Below, in pieces: positions 58,319-64,000 of a stretch of 64,000 nt of DNA. The position numbers and the translations under genes are program-made. Source of the DNA: Sulfuricurvum sp. Its GTDB lineage: Bacteria > Campylobacterota > Campylobacteria > Campylobacterales > Sulfurimonadaceae. Position 1 is the stretch's first letter, and every line of letters begins with the position of its first letter. The stretch covers positions 661 to 64,660 of the forward strand of contig JBFXFU010000014.1 of assembly GCA_050178755.1 (NCBI GenBank), read 5' to 3'. The notes under the pieces are model-generated. The model worked only from the letters and a program-made list of their open reading frames with translations. It did not search any database and was not told where the DNA came from.

Positions 58319-60082
58319 CTAATGCTGGGCGTTTACAAACGAATGAAAACTCCCTTCCAGACGTTCGAGTTCTTCACGGGTCCCCTCTTCAAGCACAAAA
58401 CCGTTTTCAAGGACGTAGATATAATCGGCTTTTGTAATGGTACTGAGACGGTGGGCAATGATCAAAACCGTCTTCCCTTCCAGAAACGATTCCAACCCTT
58501 CGAACAAAGCCGATTCGGTATGTACATCCAGTGCCGACGTCGATTCATCGAAGATAACCACTTTCGGATTCGATAAAACCATTCGGGCGATCGAAAGACG
58601 CTGACGCTGCCCCCCTGAGAGGCGTATGCCGAATTTTCCTACCTGAGTCTCAAGCCCTGCCGGCAGGGAACGGACAAAGGTTTCGAGCTGAGCTATTCCA
58701 AGGGCGTTCCAGATCGCTTCATCCGCTATCGCATCCCCCATCGTCAGATTGAATCGCAAGGTATCGTTAAACATCAGCGGCTGCTGCAATACCACAAACA
58801 CCTCATCACGGATTTTCGAATACCCGATCTCTTTGACGCTGATGCCGTTGTAAAAAATTTCCCCCGAACTCGGAGGATAAAATCCGACCAGCAGTTGCGC
58901 CAGAGTACTTTTCCCGCTTCCGCTAGCCCCAATGATCGCGACTTTGTGCCCTGCGGAGATGTTCAGATTCACCCCTTTTAACACCGCCTCTTCCGGGGAA
59001 TACCCAAATTTCAATCCCTCCGTCCGAATCGCAATCCCCTGCGCATTACCAAAAGGATCACGCCGCGAAACGTACTGCGGCTCTTTTTCCAATTCCAACA
59101 ATTCGTTGAGCCGGGCGAGGGCGTTTTTGGCATTGGCGTAGCTGTATTGGAGTGAGAGCAGTTCCTGAACCGGCGTCATCATAAACCATAAATATCCGAA
59201 AATTCCGAACATCAGCCCGATCGAGAGATCCGAATACAAAACCATCACCAGTCCCATCGCCCGAAAAATCTCGAATCCGCTGAGAAACAGGGTATACGAA
59301 TACCGCTCACCCGAGAGCGCCTGAATCCCGTATAACGCCGCACTCTCTTTGAGTTCATGTGCCTGCTGAACCGTACGGGCGATAAAACGCTCCTCTTTAT
59401 TGCTGGAGCGGATCTGTCCGAACAGATCTAGCATCTGCGAAAGGGTATCGGAAAGTTCCGCGATTTTACGGTTCTGCTCTTTTTTCAACAATCCGACGCG
59501 CCCCGAAATACGACGGGTTACGATCATAATCAACGGCTGAAAAACCAAGATCAAAATTCCGAACAACGGATTGATCCAGATCAGCACCACCGCTACCCCG
59601 ACCAGCGTCGCGACGGAGACGACCAGTTTACTCAGAAAATTTCCTAAAAACTGTTCAATCGTTTCAATATCGCTGACGAGGTTTGTGATGACTTTTCCGC
59701 TCCCAAGCCGCTCATACGCGCTCATTGAAACGGTTTTGAGGTGTTCTAGCGCCTTGACACGGAGAATATAGCTGAGTTCCTGGGAAAGGCGTATGAAGTA
59801 TTTCTGCGATACGACGCTCAATCCGAAGAAAAGAAACCGCAGGGAAACGGTCACGCACAAGGCAACGGCGATATAGAGCAACGGCTCGTGATACGGAAAA
59901 AGTCCATCGATGCCCCGGGTAATCCATCCCCCTTTTTTCAGCAACACTTCATCAACCAACAAAGGGATCAATAAAGGGATCGGAATCGACACCAGCGTTG
60001 CCGCAAGGGCAAGGATATTTCCGATCATCAGAGGGCGTCGATGGTGAAGCATCATACGATAGAGGGTTTTAAAGGTTATCAT
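58319..60082 (-). CDS. Type IV ABC exporter (fused TMD-NBD, MsbA/multidrug-like)
   Basis: Six-TM domain, GASGSGKS, LSGGQRQR, FDESTSALD, IAHRLST. Confidence 0.93.
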   Translation of the reverse strand: MITFKTLYRMMLHHRRPLMIGNILALAATLVSIPIPLLIPLLVDEVLLKKGGWITRGIDGLFPYHEPLLYIAVALCVTVSLRFLFFGLSVVSQKYFIRLSQELSYILRVKALEHLKTVSMSAYERLGSGKVITNLVSDIETIEQFLGNFLSKLVVSVATLVGVAVVLIWINPLFGILILVFQPLIMIVTRRISGRVGLLKKEQNRKIAELSDTLSQMLDLFGQIRSSNKEERFIARTVQQAHELKESAALYGIQALSGERYSYTLFLSGFEIFRAMGLVMVLYSDLSIGLMFGIFGYLWFMMTPVQELLSLQYSYANAKNALARLNELLELEKEPQYVSRRDPFGNAQGIAIRTEGLKFGYSPEEAVLKGVNLNISAGHKVAIIGASGSGKSTLAQLLVGFYPPSSGEIFYNGISVKEIGYSKIRDEVFVVLQQPLMFNDTLRFNLTMGDAIADEAIWNALGIAQLETFVRSLPAGLETQVGKFGIRLSGGQRQRLSIARMVLSNPKVVIFDESTSALDVHTESALFEGLESFLEGKTVLIIAHRLSTITKADYIYVLENGFVLEEGTREELERLEGSFHSFVNAQH

Positions 60083-60242
60083 GACGCTAATTATAGTCCA
60101 ATCCGTATCAGGCTGCAATTACCGTTCTAAATAATAAAAATTTTCCTTTAGAACAAAAAGTTACTTTCCTGTAATTCAGATGCATTAAAGTTCATGTGTT
60201 ACAATTTCTGCACGTCAACCAAAACAAACAAAGGAAACTCTC

Positions 60243-60839
60243 ATGCTCGTCACTAAAAAAGCTCCCGATTTTACCGCTACTACCGTTCTTGGTAATAACC
60301 AGATCGTAGACAACTTCAACCTTTACGAAAACTTCGGACCAAAAGGTGCGGTTCTTTTCTTCTATCCACTCGACTTTACATTCGTATGTCCGTCTGAAAT
60401 CATCGCGTTCGACCACCGCCTTGATGAATTCACTGCACGCGGAATCAACGTCATCGGTGTATCGGTAGACTCTCAGTTCAGCCACTTTGCATGGAAAAAC
60501 ACTCCGGTAAACCAAGGCGGTATCGAACAAGTCCGTTACCCACTCGTTGCTGACCTTAACAAACAAATTTCACGCGATTACGACGTATTGTTCGGCGAAT
60601 CGGTAGCACTTCGCGGTTCATTCTTGATCGATGCAGACGGTACCGTTCGTCACGCCGTTATCAACGACCTTCCACTCGGACGTAACATCGATGAAATGCT
60701 CCGTATGATCGACGCGATGCTTTTCACAAACGAGCACGGTGAAGTATGTCCTGCGGGATGGGCAAAAGGTGATGCCGGTATGAAAGCAAGTACCGAAGGT
60801 GTCGCTGAATATCTTGCAGCGCACGCTGAAGAGCTCTAA
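60243..60839 (+). CDS. ahpC: Typical 2-Cys peroxiredoxin (AhpC/TsaA)
   Basis: FYPLDFTFVCPSE and EVCPAGW; extended -10 TGTTACAAT upstream. Confidence 0.96.
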   Translation: MLVTKKAPDFTATTVLGNNQIVDNFNLYENFGPKGAVLFFYPLDFTFVCPSEIIAFDHRLDEFTARGINVIGVSVDSQFSHFAWKNTPVNQGGIEQVRYPLVADLNKQISRDYDVLFGESVALRGSFLIDADGTVRHAVINDLPLGRNIDEMLRMIDAMLFTNEHGEVCPAGWAKGDAGMKASTEGVAEYLAAHAEEL

Positions 60840-60846
60840 TTCTTCT

Positions 60847-60864
60847 TCCTCTCTAAGGAGAGGA
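60847..60864. terminator. Hairpin between the convergent ahpC and lipoprotein genes
   Basis: tcctct-ctaagg-agagga. Confidence 0.5.
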
Positions 60865-60868
60865 TTAT

Positions 60869-61993
60869 CTAACAATTAAACGGCAAAATCTCCATATCAA
60901 ACGGTTTTAAAAATATTTTGATTGGTTTAAAATCAAATTTTTTCCCATTAATCATGATCGACGGGAGAAGAATAGCTATCTCTTTGCTTTGCAGATTTTC
61001 TATCGAACCATTGATATAAACATCTGAGTATTCTGCAGCTTTATTAGATAACACCTGTATCGGAGTGGTTATAGGCACCGTATAGCTTCCACACTCAAAT
61101 GTAATATTCTTTTGTTCCGGATTCCCATAATACTTTTTCCCACTTGTTTTGTCTATTATATTTATCACAGGCACCGGCAACCTAAACGATTCGGCAGAAA
61201 AGATATTCACTTCATTCCTTACATATATATACGAACCAACTTCAGAAGTTCTAACTTTTCCTGACATGTTAAAATGATCATTAGAAACGGCATATCCTTT
61301 TTGCAGCCATAATGAATGACCGTATTCTTTACACTCTTTGATTTCACTATGAATTGCACACTCTTCAAATATCTTTTTGAACGCAGGGATATAGTAATGT
61401 CTATTTTGGTTAATTTGTTTTGAATTTAAAAATAAGGGATTGAATGAAACAATCTTTTTATCAATCGTAATCGGTTGAAATAATAATTCAAGCTGATTAG
61501 GGAAATCATTTTTATACTCCCCAAACTTAACGCTGTAATTAAATGATGCATGGATCTGCTGAGAGTTTTTTTCTATCGTTTTTGAATCGATAGGACAAAG
61601 TTTATCAAAATCAAACACCATATCAGATTCAGCACCGAAATGTTTAGATTCGACACGCAATCTATTCTCAATCGCAACCTTGGAATACGTAGAATTATTC
61701 TCCACACGTATCGTATCATCGACAAATTGGAAACTAACTCCTCTTGGAATTTTGAAGTGGATGATAATCGGGTTTTGTGCCGATGTATTAGCCAATGCGT
61801 TGTCCGTTCTAACTTCGACTTGCACGTTATCAGGCATATCAAAAAAGACTTTTGTTTTTGGCCCTACACATCCGGGACTTCGTGTTTTTGCATCGTGATA
61901 AGTTGGCATATAGTACGATGAATACACTGCAGGAATTGGTATACAACCATTCATCATGAAAGCCAGAATACCGAATGTTACCACTAATTTCAT
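60869..61993 (-). CDS. Uncharacterised lipoprotein, paralog A (AT-rich)
   Basis: Lipobox MNG/C followed by IPIP..YYMPTY; ends LPFNC. Confidence 0.8.
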   Translation of the reverse strand: MKLVVTFGILAFMMNGCIPIPAVYSSYYMPTYHDAKTRSPGCVGPKTKVFFDMPDNVQVEVRTDNALANTSAQNPIIIHFKIPRGVSFQFVDDTIRVENNSTYSKVAIENRLRVESKHFGAESDMVFDFDKLCPIDSKTIEKNSQQIHASFNYSVKFGEYKNDFPNQLELLFQPITIDKKIVSFNPLFLNSKQINQNRHYYIPAFKKIFEECAIHSEIKECKEYGHSLWLQKGYAVSNDHFNMSGKVRTSEVGSYIYVRNEVNIFSAESFRLPVPVINIIDKTSGKKYYGNPEQKNITFECGSYTVPITTPIQVLSNKAAEYSDVYINGSIENLQSKEIAILLPSIMINGKKFDFKPIKIFLKPFDMEILPFNC

Positions 61994-62166
61994 ATTCAAT
62001 CACTTATTTTAAATACTCTCTAATTATTATTACATTTTTTATAAAAGAATTTTGAAAAATATAACACTTATTTTTGTCTCGCATAAAATGACTTTCTTTG
62101 GGAAAGGGAGAACATCAAATTCTTTTTCCTTCTTTGGTACTATACAAGTTAATCATTTCGTATCTT

Positions 62167-63297
62167 CTAGCAATTAAAAGGCGGGAAACCTCCGTCCAAG
62201 AGTCTTAGCTCCAATAATAACGGCTGAAAATCAAACCGTTTACCGTTAATCATCAACGAAGGGATACGTACGATTATTTTTGATTGCGACGGAAGATCTT
62301 GAACCATCCCATTAAAGAAAACCAGAGAATTTCCCTTCACGTATCCGACCGGTGTCTGAAGAGGCGTTCGAAACGGAACCGTACACGGGCCGCAATGGGT
62401 GTATACCTTTGAGAGATTTCTTCTTTGAATCTCGCCGGACGCGACGTCTTTCAATACAATTTCAGGTGAAAGATACTGCCACGGTTTATCCGTCAATACC
62501 TTCATCTCATTCACTCCGACGCCGATTGAATTTCCCCATCCACCGGCACTCCCTGTAATGTCAAATTCGCCGTTTTCGATACGAAATCCCTCCTGATAAA
62601 CCTCTAAAATATTCTTGCAATGCAATTGGGGGGTATTTTTCACGCACGCTTCATATCTTTCATCTCTCTCCTTCTCCATCTTCGATGTTCGGTAAGAGAG
62701 ATTGTCTTTTCGTTTTTCCAGTTTCAACTGTAGGGGTTCCATCCTAACCGGGCGGTTGTCGACAACCATGGAAGGGAGCTGAAGTTCAAGCCGGCTTGGG
62801 ACGAACCCGGCATAAGTTCCCTCTTTGCTCCAGTACCAAAGACCGTAGAATGGGTTGATTTTCTCCCGCTCCAGCACCTCATCCGAAACCGGGCATAACG
62901 CTCCTCGAACAAACGTTGCGTTGGTATCGGCAGACGCAAACGAAGATACCTGAAGCGTCGGGACGGGAAGATTCACGCTCTGTCCGTCACTTTCAAAGAC
63001 GATTTGATCCGAAAGAAATTCGGTTGTGACTCCGGCAGGAATATCCATCGCAATATAAAGATGCTGACGATGATCCGCATAAGAAGAACCCGAAGTTTTC
63101 ACCGTAACGTCGATACCTCCCTCAATTTTAAACCCCACGCCGATGGCTTCTCCGGATTGACCGTGACAATCCTTGCGGATAACCGTTGCCGAAGGATCCG
63201 GATAGGTTGGTTGGTAATAAGGCCCATACGGTACCGGAATCGGGATGCAGCCTTGCACAAACAGGATCAAGGTTAAAAAAATCGGATACTTTGTCAC
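62167..63297 (-). CDS. Uncharacterised lipoprotein, paralog B
   Basis: GTG start with GGAGAAGG-type RBS; lipobox VQG/C followed by IPIP..YYQPTY; ends PPFNC. Confidence 0.8.
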   Translation of the reverse strand: MTKYPIFLTLILFVQGCIPIPVPYGPYYQPTYPDPSATVIRKDCHGQSGEAIGVGFKIEGGIDVTVKTSGSSYADHRQHLYIAMDIPAGVTTEFLSDQIVFESDGQSVNLPVPTLQVSSFASADTNATFVRGALCPVSDEVLEREKINPFYGLWYWSKEGTYAGFVPSRLELQLPSMVVDNRPVRMEPLQLKLEKRKDNLSYRTSKMEKERDERYEACVKNTPQLHCKNILEVYQEGFRIENGEFDITGSAGGWGNSIGVGVNEMKVLTDKPWQYLSPEIVLKDVASGEIQRRNLSKVYTHCGPCTVPFRTPLQTPVGYVKGNSLVFFNGMVQDLPSQSKIIVRIPSLMINGKRFDFQPLLLELRLLDGGFPPFNC

Positions 63298-63360
63298 GTC
63301 CTTCTCCCTTTTATCATCTTCATGATATTGTACCTTACCACAAGAGAGCAGGTCATTTCG

Positions 63361-64000
63361 ATGCAATATTCTTTTCTCGCTTCATACGTTTTGATACTTT
63401 TCGCACTATGGTATTCACGCCGCGAACAATTCGGGCTGGAAAAAAAGATTCTCACCAATTCGATCCTGGCCATGGTGCAGTTAGGTGTTCTGGGATACGC
63501 CCTCGTCTATCTGTTTAAGATGCAACACCCCGCCTTACTCTTTTTTGTCTTACTGGGAATGGTGCTTTTCGGTGCCTATACCGCGCGCAAACGGACCCCA
63601 TTGGGGGATCAGGGGTTCAAAATTGCCTTCTATTCGTTGGGAGCGTCCTCGGCCATCGTCTTTTTATCGATGATGGCATTCGGTGTGATCCACATGGTAC
63701 CGCACGAAATGATCCCCATCGGGGGGATGATCATCGGCAATGCCCTCAACGTCTATACCCAGAGTACGGAACGGTTTCGCGGCGAGGTCAAGAATACGAT
63801 TGAAATCATCGAGGGGATGGTTGCACTGGGCGCACCGCTCCAGGAGGCTCTGAAATTGGCGTCCAAAGCCGCCGTCAAAGCGTCGATGATCCCGACGCTC
63901 AACATGCTCCAGACGGTAGGAATCATCCATATTCCCGGCATCACTACCGGAATGCTCCTTGCCGGGGCCGATCCGCTTAAAGCGATCTCGTATCAGCTTG
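63361..64000 (+). CDS. fetB: FetB/UPF0014 ABC transporter permease (3' end runs off the window)
   Basis: Not in the ORF track; translated by hand: MQYSFLASY...AMVQLGVLGY...MIPIGGMIIGNA...SMIPTLNMLQTVGIIHIPGITTGMLLAGADPLKAISYQL. Confidence 0.88.
   Translation, partial: MQYSFLASYVLILFALWYSRREQFGLEKKILTNSILAMVQLGVLGYALVYLFKMQHPALLFFVLLGMVLFGAYTARKRTPLGDQGFKIAFYSLGASSAIVFLSMMAFGVIHMVPHEMIPIGGMIIGNALNVYTQSTERFRGEVKNTIEIIEGMVALGAPLQEALKLASKAAVKASMIPTLNMLQTVGIIHIPGITTGMLLAGADPLKAISYQL

Noticed and set aside
63298-63366. N-terminal extension of lipoprotein B to 63366
   Set aside because: It would overlap the divergent fetB start; the GTG at 63297 has an RBS and gives a normal lipoprotein signal peptide.
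1-64000. CRISPR array, rRNA, integrase, transposase or phage genes
   Set aside because: No regularly spaced direct repeats and no such protein motifs were seen.
49400-64000. attR duplication of the tRNA-Phe 3' end
   Set aside because: No downstream copy of GATTGGCCACCA was noticed; a short GGCCACCA inside mraY is upstream and coincidental.

Overview
This is chromosomal DNA from a Campylobacterota bacterium, most likely a Sulfuricurvum/Sulfurimonas-like sulfur oxidiser. That placement is inferred from gene content and gene order that resembles C. jejuni: ctpA-purC-purS-purQ-periplasmic protein-plsC-crcB, and rpmB/rpe/dnaQ-like/accA-fabF-acpP-fabG-gpmI/mraY-murD. Housekeeping blocks (purine, proline, arginine, fatty acid, peptidoglycan, grpE-dnaK, lepA, prs) alternate with signalling and accessory genes. 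These include a complete extra chemosensory operon (cheR-cheB-mcp-cheY-cheA-cheW-cheW plus a PleD-like diguanylate cyclase), an HDOD + STAS/CheX pair, a degenerate EAL-HDOD protein coupled to a SPOR-like membrane protein, and an orphan histidine kinase. Downstream of tRNA-Phe lies an accessory stretch: a frameshifted TonB-dependent receptor divergent from a YfiR-diguanylate cyclase pair, an orphan ParA + ribbon-helix-helix pair, an FmdE-like + cytochrome c operon with a Crp/Fnr(Nss)-type box at -41.5, and two paralogous uncharacterised lipoproteins ending in PFNC. No CRISPR array, rRNA, integrase or transposase was seen. All calls come from reading motifs by eye; no database searches were run.
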